The position numbers were made by a program, and so were the translations under genes. 64,000 nucleotides of DNA from an uncultured Chroococcidiopsis sp. (GTDB lineage: Bacteria; Cyanobacteriota; Cyanobacteriia; Cyanobacteriales; Chroococcidiopsidaceae): contig CAXTYC010000025.1 of assembly GCA_964248365.1 (NCBI GenBank), positions 11,640 through 75,639 on the forward strand, given 5' to 3'. The notes beneath the pieces are model-generated. The model saw only the letters and a list, made by a program, of their open reading frames with translations. It searched no databases and was not told where the DNA came from. Position 1 is the first letter of the stretch, and each line of letters begins with the position of its first letter. Shown here piece after piece: positions 42,706 through 54,335 of this stretch.

Positions 42706-43272
42706 GTGACTCAAAATTGGGCAATGCCAAACAGCAGCGATCGCCCCGATCTAAACTCTACAACTCATTACGCTCTGCTAGGGTTACATCCTTCTGCATC
42801 GGCGATAGAAATTCGCCGCGCATATCGGCAACTGAGCAAATGCTATCATCCAGATACAACAGATTTACCAGCCGCGAGCGCCACTGCCAAGTTCCAGCAA
42901 TTAAACGAAGCTTACGCCACACTCAGTAATCCAGAGCGGCGAATGCAATACGACATCAAAATAGGGTATTCGCGGCTTTACGTGGTACAAGCACCACCGA
43001 ACTATAACCGTCAGGTTGCCAAAGGGGTACGGCAATCTTCATCCGCCTATCTCGATCCGACCGATCGCCCCCTCTCAGGTGGAGAAATATTTGTCCTGTT
43101 CATTTTGGGGTTGACGTTTGTAGGCTGTATATTATTAGCGATCGCCATTGGCTTAACCAGGGGTGACACAGCTTTCTCACCCACAGCACTACAACCACCC
43201 ACACCTGTACAAGAACAACTCACCTTCATAAATCCAGAATCGAGAATTCAGAATTCAGGAGAAAGAAGGTAA
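42706..43272 (+). CDS. J-domain (DnaJ-like) membrane protein
   Basis: HYALLG, YHPD and LNEAYATL motifs; C-terminal TM segment. Confidence 0.9.
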   Translation: MTQNWAMPNSSDRPDLNSTTHYALLGLHPSASAIEIRRAYRQLSKCYHPDTTDLPAASATAKFQQLNEAYATLSNPERRMQYDIKIGYSRLYVVQAPPNYNRQVAKGVRQSSSAYLDPTDRPLSGGEIFVLFILGLTFVGCILLAIAIGLTRGDTAFSPTALQPPTPVQEQLTFINPESRIQNSGERR

Positions 43273-43322
43273 TATTAGTTATTCTGCCTTCCGACTTGCA
43301 ACTTGCAACTTCTAACTTAATT

Positions 43323-43595
43323 ATGTCTCTTCCTGCCTCTGATACTCCGCTTTATAACCATCCGCTGCCCCAAATTGAGCAGTGGTTGAAAAGTCACGGT
43401 TGCCAACAAGATCAAGAGCAGCTTCATTGCTGGCATCTTGATCGACTTGGTTGGGAAGCAGAATTATGGCTCGATGTCGATCAACTGACAGTGCGATATA
43501 TCGGGGCTGGAGAAGAAGGACAAGATATTCAACGCTCTTTTAAGTATTCTCTCACTCGCAAAGATATAGAACAAGCGGTTTTTGCAGGACCCTAA
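43323..43595 (+). CDS. DUF3143 family protein
   Basis: TPLYNHPLPQIEQWL...FKYSLTRKDIEQAVFAGP. Confidence 0.85.
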   Translation: MSLPASDTPLYNHPLPQIEQWLKSHGCQQDQEQLHCWHLDRLGWEAELWLDVDQLTVRYIGAGEEGQDIQRSFKYSLTRKDIEQAVFAGP

Positions 43596-43765
43596 TTAGT
43601 GGCTAGTGGAACCAGTGGCTAGTGACTAGAGAAAACCAAGCTTTATACTAAGAGTGAGAATTCTAGAATCGCGTCGCCACTAACCACTTTTCTGGTTCCA
43701 CTAGCCACGAGTTCCACTAGCCACTTTTCTAGTCACTAGTCACCAGTTTTCTGGTTCCACTAGCT

Positions 43766-44518
43766 TTACACTTTACCAAAACGGCGATCGCGCTGTTGGT
43801 AGGCAACTAAAGCTCGATGAAACTCGGTGCGGTCAAAATCAGGCCAAAGAGATTGGGTAATATAAATTTCTGCATAAGCCATTTGCCACAAGAGGAAATT
43901 ACTAATTCGCATTTCCCCACTGGTACGTATTAATAAATCGGGATCGCTAATGCCTGCGGTATAAAGGTGAGTTTCAAATAACTTTTCATCAATTTGCTCT
44001 GGTTGGATCAGACCTTGCTGTACCTTATTTGCGATCGCCTGTGTAGCGTGTAAAATCTCCTGCCGTCCCCCATAATTAGTCGCTACAGTAAACTGAATGC
44101 CTCGATTGTGCTGAGTATCTACCATTGAGCGCGAAATCTCAGCTTGGAGACTTCGGGGCAAAGCCTGTAAATTTCCCACAAACCGAATTTGCACATTTTC
44201 CTGCATCATCTCTCGCAGTTCTTTACGCAAAACCCGCTCAAACAAAGTCATTAAAAATTCCACTTCTTCTAGTGGTCTACCCCAGTTTTCCGTTGAAAAA
44301 GCATATGCAGTTAGGGCTTGAATACCCCAATCCCTACAACAGCGCAGTAAATCTTTGAGTGTATCAACACCAACTTTATGACCCATGATTCGCGGTAGTC
44401 CTTGCCTTTTTGCCCACCTACCATTGCCATCCATAATTACTGCTACGTGTTTTGGCAGTTTTTCTCGTTCTAAATCAGCAGGTAAATCTTGTGACACAAT
44501 AATTGGCTTTGCAGTCAT
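43766..44518 (-). CDS. uppS: Isoprenyl transferase (undecaprenyl diphosphate synthase)
   Basis: [16 protein letters not shown] and [12 protein letters not shown] motifs. Confidence 0.97.
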   Translation of the reverse strand: MTAKPIIVSQDLPADLEREKLPKHVAVIMDGNGRWAKRQGLPRIMGHKVGVDTLKDLLRCCRDWGIQALTAYAFSTENWGRPLEEVEFLMTLFERVLRKELREMMQENVQIRFVGNLQALPRSLQAEISRSMVDTQHNRGIQFTVATNYGGRQEILHATQAIANKVQQGLIQPEQIDEKLFETHLYTAGISDPDLLIRTSGEMRISNFLLWQMAYAEIYITQSLWPDFDRTEFHRALVAYQQRDRRFGKV

Positions 44519-45447
44519 TTTTTATTTCGGGGAGACGCTGGTAAATGTAGACCAATTAAATCAAATAACCGAGAAATCAGCACCCAACCCCTAGTAGTAA
44601 TTTGGCGAATCAAACCTCTTAGACTGGGAGCGACAGCTTCGCGCTCCACAGATGGGGAGAATCGAGCCTCCAACAATTCTTTAAGTTTACTGCTGGTCAG
44701 TGGTCTATTTAATATTCCTCTTTCTGCTAAGGAAATAGATCCAGTTTCTTCTGACACAATCACACAAATACAATTGTCAGGGATGCGCTCGGTAATTCCC
44801 ATTGCTGCCCGATGGCGTGTACCTAGTTGACGGGATGCTGTACGTTCAGCCAGGGGCAAAATTATTCCAGATGCTATAATCCGAGAACCCCGAATTAAGG
44901 TTGCCCCATCGTGTAAAAGCGTTTTCGGCTGAAATATAGTCTGCAACAGTTCCTTAGAAATCTCAGCATTTAGCTTGACTCCTGGCACTAAAAAATCGCG
45001 CTCATCTATCGGACTATCTATTTCTAAAATTAACAAAGCTCCGATCCGGTTTTGCGAGAGTTCTTTTACCGCATCGACTATTTCATCAATCACACTATCA
45101 GACTGAGGTATGGTACGACGGGACGGTTGCAGAAGCTGCTTAATTTCACCCCGCCCCAATTGTTCCAAAAAGCGGCGAAACTCTGAATGGTAGACAACTG
45201 CCATTGCTACGGCAGAACCCACTACCAACTTGTCAAGTACAAAACTCAACAGGGGCAAACCTAATCTGGCACTCACCGCTGATGCCAGCAACAAGACAAT
45301 AAACCCCCTGACTACCCAAAGGGTACGACGCTCGCCAACGACAACAAGCATCATATACGTGAGCGCCAGAACCAAGCCCAAATCGATGTAAAACAACAAA
45401 GACTGGGTCCAGCCAAGGTTTGTCAGCCATTGCTTCCACCAATCCAT
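44515..45447 (-). CDS. cdaA: Diadenylate cyclase
   Basis: Three TM segments, LHDGA and GTRHRAA motifs; start ATG 45447 (the upstream extension is repeat DNA); lysA-cdaA-uppS synteny. Confidence 0.95.
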   Translation of the reverse strand: MDWWKQWLTNLGWTQSLLFYIDLGLVLALTYMMLVVVGERRTLWVVRGFIVLLLASAVSARLGLPLLSFVLDKLVVGSAVAMAVVYHSEFRRFLEQLGRGEIKQLLQPSRRTIPQSDSVIDEIVDAVKELSQNRIGALLILEIDSPIDERDFLVPGVKLNAEISKELLQTIFQPKTLLHDGATLIRGSRIIASGIILPLAERTASRQLGTRHRAAMGITERIPDNCICVIVSEETGSISLAERGILNRPLTSSKLKELLEARFSPSVEREAVAPSLRGLIRQITTRGWVLISRLFDLIGLHLPASPRNKK

Positions 45448-45740
45448 GAGCGAACTATGAAGTGTGAATGATAAAGTGTGTAGGATGAAGGGTAGGGGTA
45501 GGGGGTAAGGGTAGGGGGTAAGGGTAGGGGGAACAAGGGGACAAGGGGACAAGGGGACAAGGGGACAAGGGGACAAGGGGGAAAAGAAAAATTACGCAGC
45601 GCGGAATTACGAATTATCCTTTACCGCAATACCTCTTTACCGCAATACCTCTTTACCGCAATACCTCTTTATCCTTCATCCTTTACCCTTTAACCTTCAT
45701 CCGCGATCGCCTTTACCCTTCAACCTTTGAACTTTAGCCT

Positions 45741-47216
45741 TTACTTTTTTTTGCTAGTTAATCTTTCTGGTAGGCAATCTTGATGAATCAAGTCTTGATA
45801 GGTTTCGCGCCGCAAGATCAAATTAGCTTCACAGTTTCCTACTACTACTGCTGCCGGACGGGGCAAGCGGTTGTAGTTGGAAGCCATACTGTAATTGTAA
45901 GCACCAGTTCCCATTACTACTAGGATATCCCCTGGTCCCGTTTGAGGCAAAGTTGCCTGTTTAATTAAAATATCTCCAGATTCACAGTGTTTTCCTGCAA
46001 TTGTGACCGTTTCGGTCAGTGGTGCTGACATTCGGTTAGCTACCACTGCTCGATAAACTGACTGATAAGTGATCGGGCGGGGATTATCAGACATACCTCC
46101 ATCGATCGCTACATAAGTGCGAACTTCTGGCACAACTTTAGATGAGCCAATGGTGTAAGCAGTAACACAAGCAGATCCAATTAGCGATCGCCCAGGTTCA
46201 CACAATAACTTAGGCAAAGGTATTTGTTGTGAAGCGCAAGCATTCTTAACCGCTTCACAAATCGCCTTAACCCACTCTTCAATACTAGGGGGATCGTCGG
46301 ATTGGGTATACCGAATTCCTAAACCACCACCCACATTTAATTCTTTTACTGGTAAACCATAGCTAGACGCTTTATCCAACCACTGCACCATCACTGCGGC
46401 TAGATCTTGATGCGGTTGGCGTTCAAAAATTTGTGAGCCAATATGAGCGTGCAAACCTACACAATTCAAATTTGATTGCTGGCTAATAAACTTAAAAACC
46501 TCTTCTATTTGATTTGGGTCAAAGCCAAATTTGCTATCGAGATGTCCTGTGCGTATGTATTCATGGGTATGACACTCAATCCCAGGAGTCAGCCGCAACA
46601 TGATTTTAATCGGCGAGAGGTGAGATTCTTCGTTGGCTTTCAAATCTGGACGAAGAGCAGACAAGTCTTCCTCTTGCCTCGTACCTTGGGCAACTTGCCT
46701 TGCTTGCGCCAGCATATGCAATTCATGCCAGTTGTCTACCACAATTGTGCAACCATACTCAATAGCTAGAGTTAGTTCTTCCAAGGATTTATTATTACCG
46801 TGCAGGTAAATTAATTCTGGACTTAAACCACCTTGGAGGGCAGTGTAAAGTTCTCCTCCAGACATTACATCAATTCCCAAACCTTCGGAATTGACAATCG
46901 CACAAACAGCTAGACAATTCCAAGCTTTTGAGGCGTAAAGTACCTGAGATTCACCTGGGTAGTAACGCTTAAACCCATCTCGATACTGTCGGCAAGCTGT
47001 ACGCAAAGTTTCTTCATCTAAAATATATAGAGGTGAGCCAAACTGCTGCACTAGTGTTGTAACATCACAACCACCGATTTCTAAGCAGTCTTGCTCATTG
47101 ATCCGCGCTCCACCTGGTAAAAGCTGCTGGTTGGGTGAATTCGCGGCGGCAAGATTTGAATTGGATATATACTGACGACCAGAATTTTGAACTCCAGTGG
47201 GAGGGATCGATAACAT
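45741..47216 (-). CDS. lysA: Diaminopimelate decarboxylase
   Basis: YASKA, HIGSQ, EPGRS, HCESGD and GAYNYSMASNYN motifs. Confidence 0.97.
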   Translation of the reverse strand: MLSIPPTGVQNSGRQYISNSNLAAANSPNQQLLPGGARINEQDCLEIGGCDVTTLVQQFGSPLYILDEETLRTACRQYRDGFKRYYPGESQVLYASKAWNCLAVCAIVNSEGLGIDVMSGGELYTALQGGLSPELIYLHGNNKSLEELTLAIEYGCTIVVDNWHELHMLAQARQVAQGTRQEEDLSALRPDLKANEESHLSPIKIMLRLTPGIECHTHEYIRTGHLDSKFGFDPNQIEEVFKFISQQSNLNCVGLHAHIGSQIFERQPHQDLAAVMVQWLDKASSYGLPVKELNVGGGLGIRYTQSDDPPSIEEWVKAICEAVKNACASQQIPLPKLLCEPGRSLIGSACVTAYTIGSSKVVPEVRTYVAIDGGMSDNPRPITYQSVYRAVVANRMSAPLTETVTIAGKHCESGDILIKQATLPQTGPGDILVVMGTGAYNYSMASNYNRLPRPAAVVVGNCEANLILRRETYQDLIHQDCLPERLTSKKK

Positions 47217-47287
47217 AATTGTGGAAATTGGCTTTTGCCAAGTGAGTAAGTCTCGTTACTAAGTTTACAAGTTTACAATTATCAACT

Positions 47288-47926
47288 GTGAGTTTGTTAG
47301 AACTAAAACCAATTGCAGCAGAAATGCTCAGTGCAGTACTGGAACTCGATGATTTGTGTTTTGGTGGTCTGTGGACACTAGAAGGGTATCAGCGAGAATT
47401 AGACAGCCCTAATGGTGTGTTGCTCGGTTTGTTTTTAGGGGACACTAGAGGAGCAGAGGGGCAGAGGGGCAGGGGGGCACAGGAGAATGTAAATTTAAAT
47501 TCCCCCCTGCGCCCCTGCACCCCTGCACCCCTGCTCAGTATGGGTTGTTTTTGGGTAATTTTGGACGAGGCACACATTACTCTGTTAGCAGTTCATCCCC
47601 ATTATCAGCATCAAGGTTTAGGACAGGCGATGCTATTAGCTTTAATGGCAGAAGCTTGCGATCGCGGTTTAGAACGAGCCACACTCGAAGTTCGAGCCTC
47701 TAATGTACCAGCTCTGTCCCTATACAAAAAATTTGGCTTCAAAATTGCTGGGCGGCGGCGGGACTACTACAAAGATACCGATGAAGATGCCTTGATTCTT
47801 TGGTGCGGCGATCTCCAGCATCCTGAATTTCAAACAACTTTAGCCTCTTGGTATCAGAGGGTAAGCGATCGCCTACAACTATCTGGATGGAACTTCCATC
47901 TACCCCAAATAATTTGTAATTGGTAA
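47288..47926 (+). CDS. rimI: Ribosomal-protein-alanine N-acetyltransferase
   Basis: LDEAHITLLAV, LEVRASN and RRDYY...EDA motifs; contains a repeat-derived insertion. Confidence 0.88.
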   Translation: MSLLELKPIAAEMLSAVLELDDLCFGGLWTLEGYQRELDSPNGVLLGLFLGDTRGAEGQRGRGAQENVNLNSPLRPCTPAPLLSMGCFWVILDEAHITLLAVHPHYQHQGLGQAMLLALMAEACDRGLERATLEVRASNVPALSLYKKFGFKIAGRRRDYYKDTDEDALILWCGDLQHPEFQTTLASWYQRVSDRLQLSGWNFHLPQIICNW

Positions 47927-48422
47927 AAGGGAAAAGGGGCAAGGGGCTAGAGGGTCTCTAGCCTCTAGCCTCGTGCCTCTAGCCCCTTGCCTCTCCCCTT
48001 TTCCCTGTCATATTCGTCCCCTCTATACTTGACAATTCATGTGATTTTTGATATTAATTCTTATTTGGTGAAGAATCAGTCGAAAAACCGATGAATAAGA
48101 TAAAACAACAAAGGAGCAGCAATAGTTTGCTCTTGAATGTTGCCAAGGAATCAGAACGCTCGATTAGATAATAATTCGGCGATCGCAACAGCGCAATCAT
48201 TGTGGAATCAACTTGAAATAACAATCAAGTTACACTCGCCTACTGACAAATGAAAATAAACTGCTTGAGGAGCAAAAAATAAAAACTTCTTAATTTTCGA
48301 CAACAAATACACCCGTGATAGGGGAAAATCTGACTGGTTGTTTGTATCATCAAGAAACAGCCAGTTAGTTGGCTTATGCTAAAATCAGCGTACCGACACG
48401 ACTCAGGTGATGGAAAACAGCC

Positions 48423-50897
48423 ATGTTTGAACGCTTCACAGAAAAAGCAATTAAGGTGATCATGCTGGCCCAGGAAGAAGCTCGCCGCCTGGGTCACAAT
48501 TTCGTAGGCACAGAGCAGATCCTCCTGGGTCTGATCGGAGAAGGAACAGGCGTAGCAGCCAAAGTACTAAAAACAATGGGTGTCAACCTTAAAGATGCCC
48601 GTATAGAAGTAGAAAAAATTATCGGTCGGGGTTCAGGCTTTGTAGCGGTAGAAATTCCTTTTACACCCCGCGCAAAGCGAGTTCTGGAGCTATCCCTAGA
48701 AGAAGCTCGTCAACTAGGGCATAACTACATCGGCACTGAACATCTGCTGTTGGGTCTGATCCGAGAAGGAGAAGGTGTTGCGGCAAGGGTGCTGGAGAAC
48801 TTGGGCGTTGACTTAACGAAGGTACGCACCCAAGTAATCCGAATGTTGGGAGAAACGGCTGAGGTTTCAGCAGGTTCTCAGTCAGGGCGCACCAAAACGC
48901 CAACCCTGGATGAGTTTGGTTCTAATCTGACTCAAATGGCAGCAGAAGGCAAACTCGATCCTGTAGTCGGTCGCGCAAAGGAAATTGAACGAGTAATTCA
49001 AATTCTAGGTCGCCGTACGAAGAATAACCCAGTCTTGATCGGGGAACCAGGGGTAGGTAAAACAGCGATCGCAGAAGGTTTAGCTTCTCGGATTGCTAAC
49101 AAAGATATCCCAGACATTCTGGAAGACAAGCGCGTAGTCACTCTCGACATTGGTTTATTAGTGGCGGGCACTAAATACCGAGGTGAGTTTGAAGAGCGCC
49201 TGAAGAAAATCATGGATGAAATTCGTTCCGCAGGGAACGTAATTTTAGTGATTGACGAGGTGCATACCCTGATTGGTGCAGGTGCAGCAGAAGGGGCAAT
49301 TGATGCCGCAAATATCCTCAAACCAGCCTTGGCGCGGGGTGAATTGCAGTGTATTGGTGCTACTACCCTGGATGAATACCGCAAGCATATCGAGCGGGAT
49401 GCAGCTTTAGAGCGACGCTTCCAACCAGTAATGGTGGGTGAACCAAGTGTAGATGAAACAATCGAGATTTTATATGGTCTGCGCGATCGCTATGAGCAGC
49501 ACCACAAACTGAAAATCTCCGATGCGGCTTTAGAAGCAGCGGCTAAACTATCTGACCGTTACATTTCAGACCGCTACTTACCAGACAAGGCAATCGACTT
49601 GATTGATGAAGCTGGTTCGCGGGTAAGATTGCTTAATTCAGCATTGCCGCCAGCAGCCAAAGAACTGGATAAGGAACTGCGTCAAGTATTGAAAGAAAAA
49701 GACGACGCAGTACGTACCCAAGACTTTGACCGTGCTGGAGAATTACGGGATCGCGAAATGGAACTGCGTGCAGAAATCAGGGCGATCGCACAAAACAAAG
49801 CCACTGGTTCCCGCAGTGAAAATGAAGATTCCCCAGTCGTCACCGAAGAAGACATTGCTCACATTGTCGCTTCTTGGACTGGAGTGCCAGTAAACAAGCT
49901 GACCGAATCCGAATCCGAAAAGCTGTTGCACATGGAAGATACCCTGCACCAGCGGCTAATTGGTCAAGAAGAAGCAGTTAAAGCGGTTTCCAAAGCAATT
50001 CGTCGCGCCAGGGTTGGCTTGAAGAATCCCAATCGTCCCATCGCTAGCTTTATCTTCTCAGGTCCTACTGGTGTAGGTAAAACCGAGTTGACCAAAGCCT
50101 TGGCAGCCTATTTCTTTGGCTCCGAAGATGCGATGATCCGTCTGGATATGTCGGAATACATGGAACGCCACACCGTCAGCAAACTGATTGGTTCGCCTCC
50201 TGGTTACGTGGGTTACAACGAAGGCGGTCAGCTGACAGAAGCAGTACGTCGTCGTCCTTACACCGTAGTGCTGTTTGACGAAATTGAAAAGGCACACCCC
50301 GATGTCTTTAATATGCTGCTGCAAATTTTAGAAGATGGTCGGCTGACGGATGCTAAGGGACGCACTGTAGACTTCAAGAACACACTGATCATCCTCACCT
50401 CTAACATTGGTTCCAAGGTGATTGAAAAAGGCGGCGGCGGTATCGGATTTGAATTTTCTGACGAAAATGCAGCCGAAAACCAATACAACCGTATTCGCTC
50501 CTTAGTCAACGAAGAACTGAAGTCAGTCTTCCGTCCAGAGTTCCTCAACCGCTTGGATGAAATTATCGTCTTCCGTCAATTGAGCAAGGACGAGGTAAAA
50601 GAAATTGCCGACATCATGCTCAAAGAAGTGTTTGGTCGCTTGACAGAAAAGGGAATCACCCTAGAAGTAACCGAACGGTTCAAAGATCGCTTGGTAGACG
50701 AGGGTTACAACCCCAGTTACGGTGCAAGACCCTTGCGTCGAGCAATCATGCGCTTACTGGAAGATAGCTTGGCAGAAGAGATTCTGTCCGGTCGCATCAA
50801 AGATGGTGACACAGCCGTCGTAGATGTGGATGATACTGGCAATGTCAAAGTGCTGGCGGAACAGCGCAAAGAATTGCTACCCCAAGTAGCTGAGTAA
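48423..50897 (+). CDS. clpC: ATP-dependent Clp protease ATP-binding subunit ClpC
   Basis: [25 protein letters not shown]; two AAA+ modules ([16 protein letters not shown]). Confidence 0.98.
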   Translation: MFERFTEKAIKVIMLAQEEARRLGHNFVGTEQILLGLIGEGTGVAAKVLKTMGVNLKDARIEVEKIIGRGSGFVAVEIPFTPRAKRVLELSLEEARQLGHNYIGTEHLLLGLIREGEGVAARVLENLGVDLTKVRTQVIRMLGETAEVSAGSQSGRTKTPTLDEFGSNLTQMAAEGKLDPVVGRAKEIERVIQILGRRTKNNPVLIGEPGVGKTAIAEGLASRIANKDIPDILEDKRVVTLDIGLLVAGTKYRGEFEERLKKIMDEIRSAGNVILVIDEVHTLIGAGAAEGAIDAANILKPALARGELQCIGATTLDEYRKHIERDAALERRFQPVMVGEPSVDETIEILYGLRDRYEQHHKLKISDAALEAAAKLSDRYISDRYLPDKAIDLIDEAGSRVRLLNSALPPAAKELDKELRQVLKEKDDAVRTQDFDRAGELRDREMELRAEIRAIAQNKATGSRSENEDSPVVTEEDIAHIVASWTGVPVNKLTESESEKLLHMEDTLHQRLIGQEEAVKAVSKAIRRARVGLKNPNRPIASFIFSGPTGVGKTELTKALAAYFFGSEDAMIRLDMSEYMERHTVSKLIGSPPGYVGYNEGGQLTEAVRRRPYTVVLFDEIEKAHPDVFNMLLQILEDGRLTDAKGRTVDFKNTLIILTSNIGSKVIEKGGGGIGFEFSDENAAENQYNRIRSLVNEELKSVFRPEFLNRLDEIIVFRQLSKDEVKEIADIMLKEVFGRLTEKGITLEVTERFKDRLVDEGYNPSYGARPLRRAIMRLLEDSLAEEILSGRIKDGDTAVVDVDDTGNVKVLAEQRKELLPQVAE

Positions 50898-50920
50898 TTA
50901 GTATTTTATAAATTAATCAG

Positions 50921-50953
50921 CGGTAGAGAGGGTTAATTCTCTACCGTTTTTTT
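50921..50953 (+). terminator. Rho-independent terminator after clpC
   Basis: CGGTAGAGA...TCTCTACCG stem followed by a 7-T run. Confidence 0.85.
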
Positions 50954-51051
50954 GTTGGAAAAAATATCTGCTCTATAAAGGTAGCTCAAAATGGAGTGCG
51001 ATCGCTTATGAACTTATATCTCCCTAATGACGGGAGGACAAAAGTGCAACC

Positions 51052-52713
51052 TCAAATAGGATGCAACAGGGAAATTTGACCCGCAGCGCCACCGTCAATC
51101 AGTTCAGCTACGTAGAGGTTGCCCAGGTTCTTTTGGGTGTCCTCTATCAGATCCACGGGATCTGTCAAGCCGAAAGCAACTTGGATAACATTGTCATGAG
51201 CAATGTTGCCCTTAGAATCGGGTGTAAGGGCTAGTATATCATCCCCGCCACTGTATTCGACTACCAGTAACTTGTTCTTGAGAGCGCCATCGAAGGTATC
51301 ACTCTTGTATTCGATGATGCCATTGGGTGAGCGATTCCGACCAAAATCAAAAGCCGCACCTTGATAATTGCAGTCAGGCATAGTACCTATAGAATACCCT
51401 GAATACCCATCTTTTGTTACCACTTCAGTCATGTCCACTTCACTAGTAGGATTACCACCGTTGAGTATATATTCGTGACGTGTCGGGTTCGGGTGTCCAT
51501 AGTAGCCGCCCCCAACTGGTTCAATTTTGAACAGATAATCGTCCTGAGTCCCTACATTAGTCAGCGCCTCGTTTGTTGTGGTTGTAGGATCGTCTGGGGT
51601 ATTACCGCCAGCAGCAGTACCGTTCGTGGGAACATAAAGGTTGCCGTTACTATGCCAGACTAGATCGTAGGCATTGCGTACACCAGTTGCAAACAGCTTG
51701 ACAGGAGCATCGGCAGCGTCGGGATTGTAGTTACCAATCGTTGTTATACCTTTGCTGTTTGTGTAATTCTCCGTTTGGACATTGAAGCCTTCAGGCGGCG
51801 GTGTCTGCGTTGGATCAATTTGGAGTACAGCCGCACTTAGTAATCGCTCAGGACGATTGTACCAGGTAGAATCGGGAGCGCCTGAAGCAGTATTAGAACC
51901 TTGGGTTAGATAAAGCTTGTCATCAGAACCAAAAGCCAGACTGTTGCTCAGATGATCTTTGGCGGAACGGGGCAAGCCAGTGATATAATCCTGAACGCTG
52001 GCGTTAAAATCTGAACCACTTTCGATAGTTATCTTTGAGATTTTGCCAGTAAAATCGTTTGCAGGTTGGGAATAAAGTGGATCGTTGTTTGAAATCCACA
52101 AATTCAACTGATCGGAAGTATTAGGTTCAAACGTAGCACCAATGATAGCCCGATTTTTAAGTTCTGCGGGCGCATAGGTTTGTAGATTTTCTAAATCGCC
52201 TGAGCTATCTATATCCCAGCGAAGGATCTTGCCATCTAAAGTAGTGGCGTAAAGCCTGCTATCAGGAGCGATCGCCAGACTAGAAATAGGAGAACCCTGG
52301 TAAACTGTGCTTTTAGTAAATTCTACACTCGAATCACTACTACCTATTGTATTAGTTCCAGTATTGAAGAAAGCTAAGTAGGGGATAAAGCTAGCACCCG
52401 ATTCGTCTAATACTTTGTTGGTGATTATAAAAGTGTAGTTGGTGTTCGGTTCTAACTGTACGCTTGGTTGGTAGACAATAGCATCACCGCCCCCTGTAGT
52501 ATTTACTGTCCCTGGAACTAGGGCATGATCTTTTGTGCGATAAAGCCCAACGCTAGTAGTATTGAGCGTGTTTGCTTCTACACCAGCACCCATATTTGGC
52601 AAAGAAACATCGACATTGATTGCAGTGTTGAGATACACGCCTGTCTCGTCACTTGCAAGCGCAATATTCGTAACAGTGGGGGATTCACCTAGAGTCTCGT
52701 TAGGGTATTCCAT
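51052..52713 (-). CDS. Ig-like (Big_5-type) domain plus glucose/sorbosone-dehydrogenase-like beta-propeller protein
   Basis: N-terminal V.G.VNT..GGDAI.YQP...LEPNT.Y; propeller motifs LAFGSDDKLY, FATGVRNAYDLVWH and GYYGHP. Confidence 0.7.
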   Translation of the reverse strand: MEYPNETLGESPTVTNIALASDETGVYLNTAINVDVSLPNMGAGVEANTLNTTSVGLYRTKDHALVPGTVNTTGGGDAIVYQPSVQLEPNTNYTFIITNKVLDESGASFIPYLAFFNTGTNTIGSSDSSVEFTKSTVYQGSPISSLAIAPDSRLYATTLDGKILRWDIDSSGDLENLQTYAPAELKNRAIIGATFEPNTSDQLNLWISNNDPLYSQPANDFTGKISKITIESGSDFNASVQDYITGLPRSAKDHLSNSLAFGSDDKLYLTQGSNTASGAPDSTWYNRPERLLSAAVLQIDPTQTPPPEGFNVQTENYTNSKGITTIGNYNPDAADAPVKLFATGVRNAYDLVWHSNGNLYVPTNGTAAGGNTPDDPTTTTNEALTNVGTQDDYLFKIEPVGGGYYGHPNPTRHEYILNGGNPTSEVDMTEVVTKDGYSGYSIGTMPDCNYQGAAFDFGRNRSPNGIIEYKSDTFDGALKNKLLVVEYSGGDDILALTPDSKGNIAHDNVIQVAFGLTDPVDLIEDTQKNLGNLYVAELIDGGAAGQISLLHPI

Positions 52714-53311
52714 TCTTAACTGTTTCTATCGGTATATTTTTTGACACACTAAAATGGAACGCAGATAGTATCTGCGTACGCAGTTACAGTTATTGATTGT
52801 TCAAAATCAATTGAAGTGACGGTAGGATTGCAGTTAGCGGCTGCCTGAAGCTAGTCTTGGCTAAAAGTTTCACCCCTGTGGTTCTTATGTAGATGATTGT
52901 ATCAAGTAGGACTTGTATTTTTTTGGTAAAGGTGAAGAAAACTATATATTTGTATAGTATATTACTATATAGTTATATTTATATATATTTTAGTTAACAA
53001 ATGTGGTACAGAGGACGACGCAGAAATTACAGGCTTGGGAGGTAAGGAACCTGGAAATTAGCCAAGTATCAATTAACGCGCTATCTCCAAAAGACAACTA
53101 GAGAGGATAGTGTGCTATAGCTAATTTTTAACCGCCATATTCCTCGCCATCAGACTCTTTAATCCAAGGGATATTGCTATAAGGCGAACCCTCAAGTCAC
53201 AAGCGAGGGGAGTAATTATATAACTAGAGAGATAATAAAGATTCGCCTATTTTTGGCATCGGTTCCCGTTGATGCACAATCCTTGCGCCTTTTGCACAGA
53301 GTATCGACTTG

Positions 53312-53454
53312 TATCATCTCCGGTTGAATAACCGGAAAATATTTTATGTTTGTTAATGGTTAATAGTTAATGGTTGAATGCTGTTAACTATTAACCTTTG
53401 ACCATTAGCTATTAGCAAAAAACATTGTATTATTAAAATTAACCGGATTTAATA
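53312..53454. mobile_element. TA-bounded MITE with TIRs TATCATCTCCGGTT/AACCGGATTTAATA
   Basis: Imperfect terminal inverted repeats with internal heptamer repeats; abuts the end of the IS630 remnant. Confidence 0.55.
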
Positions 53455-53788
53455 TTATTTGAAGCTTTGGTAACACTCTGCACAAAGTACTTTTGCTGAC
53501 GCTCATGTGGGTTTATTGATATATTCTTTTCCTTAATTGTGCCAAAGTTATATCATTATATTGCTCAACAAATTGTGACACTAAATTGTAGTGTTGAAAT
53601 ATTTTTTTAGCAAAACCTTTGCCTCCAGGTATTCGAGCAATAGCTTTTTGTGCTCGATATCGATGAGGTAGTTTTTGCACAAAGCTTAGACTAACTTTAA
53701 ACCGTTTGGCTAATTGTCTTTAAGAGTTTTCCTGATTGTTGTAAGCCTCAAGAATTTTTTAACTGAGGTCGAGTGAATAAGCTTTCAT
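53455..53788 (-). pseudogene. IS630-family transposase N-terminal (HTH) remnant
   Basis: MKAYSLDLS*KILEAYNNQENS*RQLAKRFKVSLSFVQKL...NDITLAQL...SVSKSTLCRVL, with three in-frame stops. Confidence 0.8.
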
Positions 53789-54205
53789 TAAATTTTACTT
53801 CCCTTTTTGACGCTTGCACTAGTGTATTTTCCCATGTTGCAAACTGCTGCCTTTGCTTTTATAGCAGTAGAGACACGAAATTTCGCGTTTATACAAAATA
53901 TGAACTTATCCGTATTTTGCTGTAGGCGATTTGGGATCTAGTCTGTATTAATCGTAAATAAGTGCATTTTAGGGCAATATTTCATCGGCTCTGGTTATGC
54001 AGTTTTTTAGATTTATGAGACTAAAAAGTTTAAACACAACTTTGTATTCAGCAGCTTTTTAGCAATAATTGCTGGCAATTAAAACATTTTTTGATATTTC
54101 TAATTGGAGCACTTTTTGGTGCAGGTCGTAACTGTAGGGGTTTGCCATCAGAAACGTGACTAGGATTTTAGCGGTCTGCTTTTACTGTATGTGTTAACTA
54201 CCTTG

Positions 54206-54309
54206 GCTGTTGCTATATCTCCTAGGGTTACTCCCCAGTTGGAGGAGATGTAAAAACAATTCTAGTTTATGACTTTGGTGGCGGTACTTTTGATGCCTGC
54301 TTAATTATA
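54206..54309 (+). pseudogene. Hsp70/DnaK-like gene fragment
   Basis: The frame from 54226 reads GYSPVGGDVKTILVYDFGGGTFDACLI (Hsp70 phosphate-2 motif). Confidence 0.75.
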
Positions 54310-54335
54310 GCCGCTGGAACTTCATTCTTACATTC

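Noticed and set aside
45448..45576. Pro-rich N-terminus of CdaA in the ORF track
   Set aside because: It is translated intergenic tandem repeat; ATG 45447 is the plausible start.
43766..47216. lysA-cdaA-uppS cluster as a novel c-di-AMP system
   Set aside because: This is well-known conserved cyanobacterial synteny.
52714..53300. Possible ncRNA or riboswitch in the long ORF-free region
   Set aside because: I could not recognise any conserved riboswitch, tRNA or sRNA motif by eye; an Rfam search would be needed.
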